A stretch of DNA of 64,000 nucleotides from Gemmatimonadaceae bacterium (GCA_035646395.1 DASRPK010000118.1:5920-69919); one strand, 5' to 3'; positions 9,162 to 17,515 are shown, counted from the first letter of the stretch. Notes: generated by a model not told the origin, from the letters alone. Translations and numbers: made by a program.

Positions 9162-9823
9162 GCTCGTTCGATTGGCTGAAGCGCTTCCTTGGCCGGGAAA
9201 GTGGCCGGGGCACGAGCGACGAGCCGATGAAGCTCATCGTCGGGTTAGGCAATCCGGGAAAAGAGTACGTCGATACACGGCACAACGTCGGCTGGTGGGT
9301 CATCGACCACCTGGCCGGCGTTTGGCGTTTCGAGGGATGGCGGAAGGACCAGAACTCGCTGGTCAGCGACGGGCGGGTGGGCAACCAGCGCGCACGGCTG
9401 GTCAAGCCGCAGACGTACATGAACCTGAGTGGCGGGATCCTGAGACCTTACCTCCGTCGCGAGACGTGGGAGGTGGCGAGGGACCTGCTCATCATTGTCG
9501 ACGAAGTAGCGCTACCGGTGGGGCGCTTCCGGTTGCGGGCGAGGGGGAGCGCCGGAGGACATAATGGCCTCAAATCCATTGAAGCCGCGGTGGGAGGTCA
9601 GGATTACGCTCGGTTGAGGGTTGGTGTCGGACCGGCGCCGGACCGAAAACGCGAGAGGGACCTGGCCGATTACGTGCTCGATCGAATGGGAAAAGGGGAA
9701 AGGAAGGAAGTGGAGGCTCTTTTTCCGGATCTCGTCGCGTCAGCTGAAACGTGGATTCGAGATGGGGTGGAACTCGCGATGACCCGGTTCAATCGGAAGG
9801 CGGATGTGGGAGATGGGAACTAA
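9158..9823 (+). CDS. pth: peptidyl-tRNA hydrolase
   Basis: MKLIVGLGNPGKEYVDTRHNVGWWVID...GGHNGLKSI. The ORF-track start is a TTG at 9158. The ATG at 9227 (MKLIVGLGNPG) is the more likely start. Confidence 0.9.
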   Translation: MSSFDWLKRFLGRESGRGTSDEPMKLIVGLGNPGKEYVDTRHNVGWWVIDHLAGVWRFEGWRKDQNSLVSDGRVGNQRARLVKPQTYMNLSGGILRPYLRRETWEVARDLLIIVDEVALPVGRFRLRARGSAGGHNGLKSIEAAVGGQDYARLRVGVGPAPDRKRERDLADYVLDRMGKGERKEVEALFPDLVASAETWIRDGVELAMTRFNRKADVGDGN

Positions 9824-9856
9824 CGGGATGGGGGATGTCGGATGGGGGATGGGGGA
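9801..9856. repeat. GGATGGG-type tandem tract (left arm of the inverted pair around the four-helix-bundle gene)
   Basis: cggatgtgggagatgggaactaacgggatgggggatgtcggatgggggatggggg. Confidence 0.7.
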
Positions 9857-10290
9857 GAAACTGCACGAACTCGATCCATTCTGTTGCGGGCAGGCTTCGC
9901 GTTCGCTTTTTCGAGCACCCTGACCCTGAGCGCCGTAAGCATCCCCGCTACCTGATCGATTCGGGCATCGAGTCTCGCGTAGTCAGACAGCGGCAGCAAT
10001 CCGAGGTCCTTGGCGAGGAGCACGTGGTAGTCGAGCTCGCGCACGGACCCGATCGCGATCGTTAGGTATCGCGCGAACTGTGCTGGCGTCACCTGGCCGC
10101 TACCTTCCGAGATGTTAGCCGCTATCGACATCGACGCACGACGCATCTGGTTGATCAGCGACGCGTATCGACCCCGATAAACGCGTTCGGTTACTTCGTG
10201 GATACTCAGCGTGAGTCGATGCGCGCGCTGCCAGACTGCAAGCTTTCGAAACGGGAACATGTAGAACTGTTGCTGGTCTTCAGCGAACAA
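9820..10290 (-). CDS. four-helix-bundle protein (23S rRNA intervening-sequence / S23-like family)
   Basis: FRKLAVWQRAHRLTLSIHEVT...LINQMRRASMSIAANISEGSG...FARYLTIAIGSVRELDYHVLLAKDLG is the typical TIGR02436-type pattern. The gene sits between inverted GGATGG-type repeat tracts. Confidence 0.75.
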   Translation of the reverse strand: MFAEDQQQFYMFPFRKLAVWQRAHRLTLSIHEVTERVYRGRYASLINQMRRASMSIAANISEGSGQVTPAQFARYLTIAIGSVRELDYHVLLAKDLGLLPLSDYARLDARIDQVAGMLTALRVRVLEKANAKPARNRMDRVRAVSPPSPIRHPPSR

Positions 10291-10351
10291 GCATCATCCT
10301 GGCATTGCCTGGTGGATCATTCTCCCGCAGCGGTAACCCGTGATGAAGCTG

Positions 10352-10392
10352 TCCGACCTCCGACCTCCGACATCCGCCATCCGTTGGGTTAG
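10352..10392. repeat. inverted partner tract (CCGACCT/CATCCGC units)
   Basis: The reverse complement of tccgacctccgacctccgacatccgccatccgttgggttag reads ctaacccaacggatggcggatgtcggaggtcggaggtcgga. It shares ctaac...ggatgg.ggatgtcgga with 9819-9845. Confidence 0.65.
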
Positions 10393-11060
10393 TCGACGGG
10401 AGCCATCACCCTCGCATCATCCGTTTTCGGGTCGTTCACCAGCAACCCGATCTCCCACGTTCGCATTTCGTCCGGTGAGAACGGACCAACCAGACGTCTC
10501 ACGTCTGCAATCTTCGTGGATTGGTCCAGCCACGCCTTATAGTCTCCGGGTCGAATAATGACTGGCATCCGATCATGAATCGGTTCCAGTAATTCGTTAG
10601 GCTCCGTGGTCAGAATCGCGCACGTAATCAGCCACTCGCCGCTCTCCTTCGCGCGCCACGCTTCCCAGAGCCCGCCGAGGGCAAAGATCTCGCCGTCTCG
10701 GATCGCGATCGCATAGGGCTTCCGCCGCTTCTGGCCCGGCACGTCCTGCCACTCATAAAAAACGTCGGCGGGGATAAGGCACCGGCGTTTCTGCATCGCC
10801 GCGCGAAAGGCGCCCTTTTCGAGCGCCGTATCGGACCGGACATTGGCCATCCGATTGCCAATGCTCGGGTCCTTGGCCCAGGACGGGACGAGTCCCCACC
10901 GTATCATCTCGGCCTCGGTGCCCCCCTTTCGTTCCCGCACCACCAGGATGTCGGAGCTGGGAGGGATGTTGTAACGCGGGACGAGGGGCGGGAGCTCGGT
11001 GATTCCGAAACGCTCCAGTTTCAGGGCTTCAGGGCGCGTGAGTCCGAATCGGCCGCACAT
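10389..11060 (-). CDS. SOS response-associated peptidase (SRAP/YedK, abasic-site processing protein)
   Basis: The start is set at ATG 11060 so that the protein begins MCGRFG (catalytic Cys2). WGLVPSWAKD motif is present. The ORF-track N-terminal 47 aa translate a repeat tract. Confidence 0.85.
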   Translation of the reverse strand: MCGRFGLTRPEALKLERFGITELPPLVPRYNIPPSSDILVVRERKGGTEAEMIRWGLVPSWAKDPSIGNRMANVRSDTALEKGAFRAAMQKRRCLIPADVFYEWQDVPGQKRRKPYAIAIRDGEIFALGGLWEAWRAKESGEWLITCAILTTEPNELLEPIHDRMPVIIRPGDYKAWLDQSTKIADVRRLVGPFSPDEMRTWEIGLLVNDPKTDDARVMAPVD

Positions 11061-11070
11061 GATTTGGATA

Positions 11071-11203
11071 ACGGATGGGAGATGGCGGATGGGAGACAAC
11101 GCCTCCACACTAATCTGAAGCGTGGCACTGGCCGCGATGTGGTCGTGGTTGTCCCCCCTCCCCCATCTGCCCTCCGACATCCGAGCCCTGCCATCCGCCA
11201 TCG
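11071..11203. repeat. GGATGGG-family long hairpin in the SRAP / rpsF divergent region
   Basis: Left arm acggatgggagatggcggatgggagacaac. Right arm gtcccccctcccccatctgccctccgacatccgagccctgccatccgccatc. Confidence 0.65.
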
Positions 11204-11306
11204 CGGGTCGTTACGTTTCCCGGACTCAAAACCGTTCCACAACCCCCTCCTCGCGCTCCGGCAACCAGCGCGGGGCGGCCACGACCAAAGGGAGGATTGC
11301 CGACTC

Positions 11307-11666
11307 ATGATACGCCGTTACGAGGCGGTGTACATCTTCGACTCAGCACTCGAAGACGCCGCCATCAACGAGAAGATCTCGCGGTTCCACGGTCTTCTCC
11401 AAAGTCCGGAAGACATCTCGGTCGATCACTGGGGGCGCAGGCAACTCGCCTACAAGATCGGCCCGCGCGAAACCGGCTACTACGTCATCGCAAAGTTCCA
11501 CGCGACGTCGACCGTGCTCCCCGAGTACGAGCGCGCGATGAAGCTCGACGATGGAGTCGTCCGGTACCTGATCACGTTGTTCGAGCACGAAGTCGGTGCT
11601 CCCCCCATGACCGAAGAGGAGCTCGCCCGTGCCCGTGCCCAGGAGGAAGAAGACGATGAAGACTGA
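11307..11666 (+). CDS. rpsF: 30S ribosomal protein S6
   Basis: [15 protein letters not shown]...[10 protein letters not shown]...GYYV with an acidic tail. GGGAGGA lies 11 nt upstream of ATG 11307. Confidence 0.9.
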   Translation: MIRRYEAVYIFDSALEDAAINEKISRFHGLLQSPEDISVDHWGRRQLAYKIGPRETGYYVIAKFHATSTVLPEYERAMKLDDGVVRYLITLFEHEVGAPPMTEEELARARAQEEEDDED

Positions 11667-11892
11667 TTCCATGCGGCGTCCGACGAAGAGCTGCCCCTTC
11701 TGCGAGACCCGCGTGCACTACGTCGACTACAAGGATGATCGCACGTTAGGCCGCTTCATTACGGACCACGGCAAGATCCTGCCGAGCCGGCTGAGCGGCG
11801 TCTGTGCGCGCCACCAGCGCCAGCTGTCAACCGCGATCAAGCGCGCCCGTTACCTCGCGATCATCCCCTACATCCGCGGTCAGCAGGCCTAG
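11656..11892 (+). CDS. rpsR: 30S ribosomal protein S18
   Basis: [60 protein letters not shown]. Overlaps the rpsF end. Confidence 0.9.
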   Translation: MKTDSMRRPTKSCPFCETRVHYVDYKDDRTLGRFITDHGKILPSRLSGVCARHQRQLSTAIKRARYLAIIPYIRGQQA

Positions 11893-12938
11893 TGAGCACG
11901 ACCCCGCCGTCGATTCCGGAAAGCGACGCCGCACCAGCGGCGGGGCGTGAGCGCGGCTGGCGACTGATCCTGCCCGCCCTCGGGCTGTTTCTCCTCGTGC
12001 CGGCGTTTGCCGCGTTGCGCGTCATCTTCCCGGTCGAGCAGACGATCCTGCTCGTCGGGCCGGCGATCGGCGTGTGTGCCCTGGTCGCCTGGGTGCAAGG
12101 CGGTCGGGTGTGGCTCGCGCTCACCTGGTTGTTGTTGTCCGCCTGGATGCTGCTCAGGCCACCGGGCGCAGGGTCGGGCTTCGAATTCCTGGCCCGGGGC
12201 TGGGCCATCGTGCTGGTGTCGATGTTCGGCATCGTGTGCATGCTTGGCGGACGGCGCCTCTTTCTCTCGCGCGCACTTTCAGCCGTGGCGGCAACATTCG
12301 TCTTCGCCGGCGCGGTGGTGCTCGTGTCCGACGTTTCGACCGGTCGTGTTCAACGCACGCTCGCCGATGAACTCGATCGACGGGCCGCGCCACTGAACGC
12401 CCAGGTGCAGGCAACGACCATGGGGCCGGAGTGGCAGAACTTCGCCGACAGCAATCCTCGCTTTGCGGCCCTGGTGGAACAGATGCTGGAAAGCTGGAAC
12501 CGCATGCCCGAAGTGACTGTCTCGTTTTTCCCCGCCCTGCTCGCGCTGGAATCGCTGGCCGCGCTCGCGCTGGCGTGGGGACTTTTTCATCGCATCAGCC
12601 GAACCCGGGTGGGTCCCCCATTGCAGCGGCTTCGGGACTTCAAGTTTGGCGACCAGCTCGTGTGGGGGTTCCTGGTCGGGATCGTCCTGGTCGTGATTCC
12701 GTCCCTTGATGCCCTGCGCGGACTTGGAGTCAACCTGATCCTCTTTTTTGGTGCGCTCTACGTGCTTCGCGGCCTTGGAGTGCTTGCCTGGTTCATGGCC
12801 GACCGCCGTCTGGCGATCGCCATGCTGATTCTTCTGGCGCTGCTTTTCACCCCCGCCGTTGGAATACTCGCGCTCGGCCTCGGTCTTGGTGACACGTGGG
12901 TCGACTGGCGCGGCCGCGCGCGGCAGCAACTGACATAA
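11892..12938 (+). CDS. DUF2232 (YybS-like) integral membrane protein
   Basis: Multi-pass membrane ORF in the conserved rpsR-yybS-rplI position. GTG start overlaps the rpsR TAG (TAGTG). The family call rests mainly on context. Confidence 0.5.
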   Translation: MSTTPPSIPESDAAPAAGRERGWRLILPALGLFLLVPAFAALRVIFPVEQTILLVGPAIGVCALVAWVQGGRVWLALTWLLLSAWMLLRPPGAGSGFEFLARGWAIVLVSMFGIVCMLGGRRLFLSRALSAVAATFVFAGAVVLVSDVSTGRVQRTLADELDRRAAPLNAQVQATTMGPEWQNFADSNPRFAALVEQMLESWNRMPEVTVSFFPALLALESLAALALAWGLFHRISRTRVGPPLQRLRDFKFGDQLVWGFLVGIVLVVIPSLDALRGLGVNLILFFGALYVLRGLGVLAWFMADRRLAIAMLILLALLFTPAVGILALGLGLGDTWVDWRGRARQQLT

Positions 12939-12957
12939 CGACTCTGGAGCTCATCTC

Positions 12958-13401
12958 ATGGAAGTCATTCTTCGGCAATCGGTGGAGAAGCTCGGTTCTC
13001 CCGGCGAGGTGGTGAAAGTCTCTAATGGATACGCGCGGAACTACCTGCTTCCACGCGGCATAGCCGTTATTGCCACCGAAGGCAACAAGAAACAGATCGA
13101 GGCGCAACGCCAGCGGCTCGAGGCGGCGGAGGACGAGCGTCGCGAGCAGGCTCAGGGAATGGCGGGCACGCTGGAACAGGTATCGCTCACATTCTCCGCT
13201 CGCGTCGGCGAAGAGGGGAAGTTGTTCGGCTCCGTCACCGCCGGCGACATCGTGCAGCAACTGGAAGCGCTTGGACACAAGATCGAGAAGCGTCAGGTCG
13301 ACCTTCACGAGCCGATCAAGGCGCTGGGCGTGTACCGCGTGCCAATTCGCCTGCACGCGGACGTGAAGCCGGAAATCAAGGTGTGGGTGATCAAGCAGTG
13401 A
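12958..13401 (+). CDS. rplI: 50S ribosomal protein L9
   Basis: MEVILRQSVEKLGSPGEVVKVSNGYARNYLLPRGIAV is the typical L9 N-terminus. Confidence 0.95.
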   Translation: MEVILRQSVEKLGSPGEVVKVSNGYARNYLLPRGIAVIATEGNKKQIEAQRQRLEAAEDERREQAQGMAGTLEQVSLTFSARVGEEGKLFGSVTAGDIVQQLEALGHKIEKRQVDLHEPIKALGVYRVPIRLHADVKPEIKVWVIKQ

Positions 13402-13404
13402 CAA

Positions 13405-13465
13405 GAGTTGAAGAGTTGAAGCGTTGAAGAGTTCCCGCTCTGCAACTGTTCAACTGTTCAACCTC
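13405..13465. repeat. GTTGAAGA 8-mer tandem hairpin directly after the rplI stop
   Basis: gagttgaagagttgaagcgttgaagagtt cccgctctgc aactgttcaactgttcaacctc. Confidence 0.7.
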
Positions 13466-13701
13466 GACCGTCGGGGAAGGTCAGCCGCGGCGTGTCGAAA
13501 GTCTGGGCTCGTTGGATCGGGATTCCCCCCGTCCCACGAGCCCTTCTGCCATTCGTACCGTCCCTTTCACCGTCTTGTAATGTCGCGACCTGTGCAGGCG
13601 CATTATGCTTTGTCGAACACGGGAGAATCGCAGGGCTCCCGGATCCGGAACAATTCTCACAGCCTCTCCTACAAAGGCGCGTTCGTGACTCACTACCGCG
13701 C

Positions 13702-14082
13702 ATGAAGTCGTCATCGGCCACACGGCCAAGTCTTGCTGCCGCACAGACGGCAGCCGCGCTCTGTCTCGACCTGAAAGCGAACGATGTTGTGATCCTGGAC
13801 CTGGAAGGTGTCACCGACATGACCGACTGTTTCGTGATCGCCAGCGGCTCGTCGGACACCCACGTCAGGGCCATCGCGGAATTCGTCGCCGAAGAGATGA
13901 AGAAGCGCGGGTTTCCAGCACATCACGTCGAAGGACTCAATCAGGGGCGCTGGGCGCTCGTTGATTTCGTGGATTTCGTGGTGCACGTCTTTCATCCCAC
14001 GTTGCGGTCGTTCTACCAGCTGGAACGACTGTGGGGGGATGCGGCGGTGGTCGCGGTGGATCCGCAAGGAGCAGGCACATGA
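13702..14082 (+). CDS. rsfS: ribosome silencing factor RsfS (iojap family)
   Basis: From ATG 13702: AAALCLDLKANDVVILDLEGVTDMTDCFVIASGSSDTHVRAIAEFV...WALVDFVDFVVHVFHP...YQLERLW. Confidence 0.85.
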   Translation: MKSSSATRPSLAAAQTAAALCLDLKANDVVILDLEGVTDMTDCFVIASGSSDTHVRAIAEFVAEEMKKRGFPAHHVEGLNQGRWALVDFVDFVVHVFHPTLRSFYQLERLWGDAAVVAVDPQGAGT

Positions 14083-17000
14083 GGCATCTCAGACAGGCAA
14101 GCCTGGTAGCGCTAGCGCTGATCCTCGTCGCGGTCGTCGCGGCACCGGTCAAAGCCCAGCAGTACTTCGGCCAGAACCAGGTCCAGTTCGACAAGTTCAA
14201 CTGGAAGGTCAAGGAAACGGCGCACTTCCTGATCCACTTCTATCCGGAAGAGCGCGACGGCATCAACGATGCCGCGCGCATGGCCGAGCGCTCGTATGCG
14301 CGCCTGTCCCGGATGCTCAAGCATGAGTTCCGCGAAAAGAAGCCGCTGATCCTGTATCGCTCCCGCGGCGACTTCGGGCAGAACAACGTGACGGGTGACC
14401 TGGGCGAAGGCGTCGGCGGTGTGACCGAGGCGCTGCGCCACCGGATCCTCCTCCCCTTCACCGGCGACTACAAGAGCTTTGAGCACGTTCTCGCGCACGA
14501 GCTCGTCCACGCGTTCCAATACGACATCTTTGCGCGCGGCCGGGCCGGCAACGGGCTGCAAACGCTGGCGCAGGTCGATCCACCGCTCTGGTTCGCGGAG
14601 GGCATGGCGGAATACCTGTCGCTCGGACCGAACCACATCCTCACGCAGTCCTGGGTCCGTGACGCGGCACTGAACGGTACGCTGCCCACCATCGAGCAGA
14701 TGACCGAGCGGCCGGACCTGTTCTTCCCCTACCGCTACGGAGAGGCGCTCTGGGAGTACATCGGTGGACGTTGGGGTGACGACGTCATCGGTGAGATCAT
14801 GAACTCCGCGCCTAACGTCGGCATCGACCGTGCCTTCAAGCGCGAGCTCGGCCTGAGCCTCGAGGAGTTGAGCGAGGAGTGGCGGGACGCGATGCAGGTC
14901 AAGCACCTGCCGCAGGTCTCCACCCTGGACCGCGCCCGCAAGTTCTCCGAGCCGTTGTTGTCCCAGCGCAAGACCGGTGGCTTCTCGCAGCTCTTCATCG
15001 CCCCCGCGCTCTCGCCGGACGGCAAGCTGATTACCTTCATCTCGCAGGGGAGTTTCCTGCGCGGTGAGGTTTTCCCCGATCTCTGGTTAGGCGATGCCGA
15101 GACGGGCAAGCGGATCAAGCGCCTCGTCCAGACGACTACGTCGCCGGACTTCGAGGAGCTGCGCCTGCTCTACTCGCAGAGCGCCTTCTCACCGGATGGC
15201 AAACTGCTCGCATTCTCCGCCCAGCGCGAAGGTCGCGACATCCTGTACGTGATGGACGTCCAGCGGCGGAAGACAATCAAGCGGTTCGACGTCGGCCTCG
15301 AATGGGTGACGTCGCCCAGCTGGAGTCCTGACGGCAAGCAGATCGTGGTGAGCGGATCGAGCACCGGCCTGACCGACCTGTTCGTGATCGACTACGAGAC
15401 GGCGGCCCTGCGCCGCCTGACGAACGACAAGAACGGCGACCTGCAGCCGGCGTGGTCCCCCGACGGGCAGCAGATCGCCTTCGTGACCGAGCGCGGTGAG
15501 ACCACCGACCTCGACATCCTGCGACTCGGGACGTGGAAGGTCGCGATCTACGACTTCCGCAACGGGAACATCGAGGTTGTCGGCGGCCAGGGCGGGCATA
15601 ACCTGAACCCGCAGTGGGCGCCCGATGGAAAGGCGATCGCCTACATCAGCGATCGCACAGGGATCGCGAACGTGTTCCTCTACGACGTGGGCAACAAGGA
15701 ACACTACCAGCTGACGAACGTGATCGGCTCGGTCAGCGGCATCACCGAGTACAGCCCCGCCATCACCTGGGCGCGTCAGGCCGACAAGCTCGCGTTCACG
15801 TACTTCGAGGACGGCGACTACACGGTCTGGATGACGAACAACCCGCGGCGGCTGCGCGACCAGCCGTTCCGGCCCAAGCCGGTGGTCGTGGCGTCGGCGC
15901 AGACACCTAACGCGGCCACCGCGGCGCAGACCATGGCCGCGCTGCGGCAGGCGGAGGCGCAGCGCGGCGAAAGCATGCGGGCAGCGATCGACGCTGCGGC
16001 ACGCGACTCAGGATCGGCAGGCGCCGATCCACGCCGGCAGTCCATCTATCGCGCGTCCACGGGCATCCGGCCATCGGCCGATATCCCGGGCATGAACGAA
16101 CGGTCGGGCGCGAGCCCGGTGAGCGTGGCGCAGTTGCTCGACAGCGTGAACCTGGCCCTCCCCGACACGACAACCTTCCGCGAATACGACTACAAGGTTG
16201 GATACCGGCCGGAATCGATTTACCGGCCGAGCATCGGCTACGCGCAGGACAATTACGGTCGTGGCCTGTATGGCGGCGCGGGCGTGATCCTGGCCGACCT
16301 GCTGGGCAACAACCAGATGATCGTTGCCGGCCAGGTGAATGGCCGGTTGAGCGAGGCCTTCCTCCTCGGCGCCTACACCAGCCTCGGGAATCGCCTGCAG
16401 TACACCCTGGGCGTGTCCCAATCGCCCTATTTCTTCGTGCAGGACTATGGATGGACCCCGTTCGGTGACGGCAGCGCGAATTTTCTCGAGGAGTACGTCG
16501 TTGCGCGCTACATCGTGCGTGAGGCTTTTGCCATCGGCATGAGACCATCCAACCGCTTCAACCGGATGGAGCTCGGTGTTTCTGCCAATAACGTGTCACG
16601 CTCCATCGCGGTGTATAGCCGCGCGGTGGATGGGTACACTGGCTACGGCACGCAATGGCTCGTGGACAGCATCATCAACTTCCCTGGCCTGAATTACATC
16701 GCGCCATACGTAGCGTACGTGTCGGACAATTCATTGTTCGGATATACCGGCCCGATCGCCGGCCGGCGCTATCGCGTACAGGTGCAACCGGTCGTGGGCG
16801 GACTGCGCTGGACGGAATTTTCGGCGGACTACCGTCGTTATGTGCCCCTGCTCTTCAATTTCCTCACGGTCGCCTGGCGGACCCAGACCAGCATCGGCGT
16901 CGGACCCGACGAGATGATGTTCCCGAAGTACCTCGGTCGCGCGGACTTTGTGCGCGGATACGACCGTGAACAGTATGCCGCCCAGTTCTGCGGCGGAATC

Positions 17001-17366
17001 TTCTCCGATCAGACGGCCTGTAACGTGACCGAGCTTCTGGGGAGCCGGTTCCTGCTCGGCAATGTCGAGTTGCGGTTCCCGCTCGTCAGGCGGTTCGATC
17101 TCGGCGTCATTCCGATTTCGCTGCCGCCGGTCGATGGTTTGTTCTTCTTCGACGCCGGCGTCGCGTGGTCGAAAGGCCAGAAAGTTTCGTTGTCGAAGCC
17201 CGAGGATTACGACCAGGACTTCCAGCGTTACCTGCTGCGCAGCTACGGTATGGGCGTGCGACTGAATCTCTTCGGCTACGCACTCCTGCGCGCGGACTAC
17301 GCAATTCCGCTCGATCGAGGCACGCGACGCGGATACTGGGTGTTGACGCTCGGACCGAGTTTCTGA
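14079..17366 (+). CDS. outer-membrane fusion protein: HExxH peptidase-like domain + TolB-like (PD40) beta-propeller + Omp85/D15-type beta-barrel
   Basis: ATG 14079 (ATGA overlap with rsfS) gives the signal peptide MRHLRQASLVALALILVAVVAAPVKAQ. HELVHAFQYDIF provides HExxH. Five PD40-type repeats are present (LSPDGK, FSPDGK, SWSPDGK, AWSPDGQ, QWAPDGK). The C-terminal barrel ends ...GYWVLTLGPSF with a terminal aromatic residue. Confidence 0.7.
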   Translation: MRHLRQASLVALALILVAVVAAPVKAQQYFGQNQVQFDKFNWKVKETAHFLIHFYPEERDGINDAARMAERSYARLSRMLKHEFREKKPLILYRSRGDFGQNNVTGDLGEGVGGVTEALRHRILLPFTGDYKSFEHVLAHELVHAFQYDIFARGRAGNGLQTLAQVDPPLWFAEGMAEYLSLGPNHILTQSWVRDAALNGTLPTIEQMTERPDLFFPYRYGEALWEYIGGRWGDDVIGEIMNSAPNVGIDRAFKRELGLSLEELSEEWRDAMQVKHLPQVSTLDRARKFSEPLLSQRKTGGFSQLFIAPALSPDGKLITFISQGSFLRGEVFPDLWLGDAETGKRIKRLVQTTTSPDFEELRLLYSQSAFSPDGKLLAFSAQREGRDILYVMDVQRRKTIKRFDVGLEWVTSPSWSPDGKQIVVSGSSTGLTDLFVIDYETAALRRLTNDKNGDLQPAWSPDGQQIAFVTERGETTDLDILRLGTWKVAIYDFRNGNIEVVGGQGGHNLNPQWAPDGKAIAYISDRTGIANVFLYDVGNKEHYQLTNVIGSVSGITEYSPAITWARQADKLAFTYFEDGDYTVWMTNNPRRLRDQPFRPKPVVVASAQTPNAATAAQTMAALRQAEAQRGESMRAAIDAAARDSGSAGADPRRQSIYRASTGIRPSADIPGMNERSGASPVSVAQLLDSVNLALPDTTTFREYDYKVGYRPESIYRPSIGYAQDNYGRGLYGGAGVILADLLGNNQMIVAGQVNGRLSEAFLLGAYTSLGNRLQYTLGVSQSPYFFVQDYGWTPFGDGSANFLEEYVVARYIVREAFAIGMRPSNRFNRMELGVSANNVSRSIAVYSRAVDGYTGYGTQWLVDSIINFPGLNYIAPYVAYVSDNSLFGYTGPIAGRRYRVQVQPVVGGLRWTEFSADYRRYVPLLFNFLTVAWRTQTSIGVGPDEMMFPKYLGRADFVRGYDREQYAAQFCGGIFSDQTACNVTELLGSRFLLGNVELRFPLVRRFDLGVIPISLPPVDGLFFFDAGVAWSKGQKVSLSKPEDYDQDFQRYLLRSYGMGVRLNLFGYALLRADYAIPLDRGTRRGYWVLTLGPSF

Positions 17367-17370
17367 CGGG

Positions 17371-17481
17371 CAACAAGCAAGAAGCAAGAAGGGAAGGAAC
17401 GAAACGGTTGAAATCTGAGGGCCCGAGCGTGTTAGCGCCGGGCCCTCAGTCGTTCCCTTCTTGCTTCTTGCTTCTTGCTTT
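17371..17481. repeat. GCAAGAA-armed nested hairpin with GAGGGCCCG core, 3' of the OMP fusion gene
   Basis: aacaagcaagaagcaagaagggaaggaacg...ctgagggcccg agcgtgttagcgc cgggccctcag tcgttcccttcttgcttcttgcttcttgctt. Confidence 0.85.
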
Positions 17482-17515
17482 TACTCTTTGTTTCCCCGCT
17501 TGCCCCGCCTAACTT

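Noticed and set aside
9820-11060. A mobile element or genomic island around the four-helix-bundle and SRAP genes.
   Set aside because: There is no transposase, integrase, direct target duplication or compositional break visible. The inverted repeats are of the same kind as the chromosomal hairpin elements. I keep this as a finding about repeat association, not as a mobile_element call.
11128-11146. Sigma-54 promoter candidates (TGGCAC-N5-TTGC) that could be targets of the NtrC-like activator, for example tggcactggccgcgatg here and tggcacattccgacgcc near 39281.
   Set aside because: The -12 element does not match (GCGA or GACG instead of TTGC) at the required spacing. No convincing -24/-12 promoter was found by eye.
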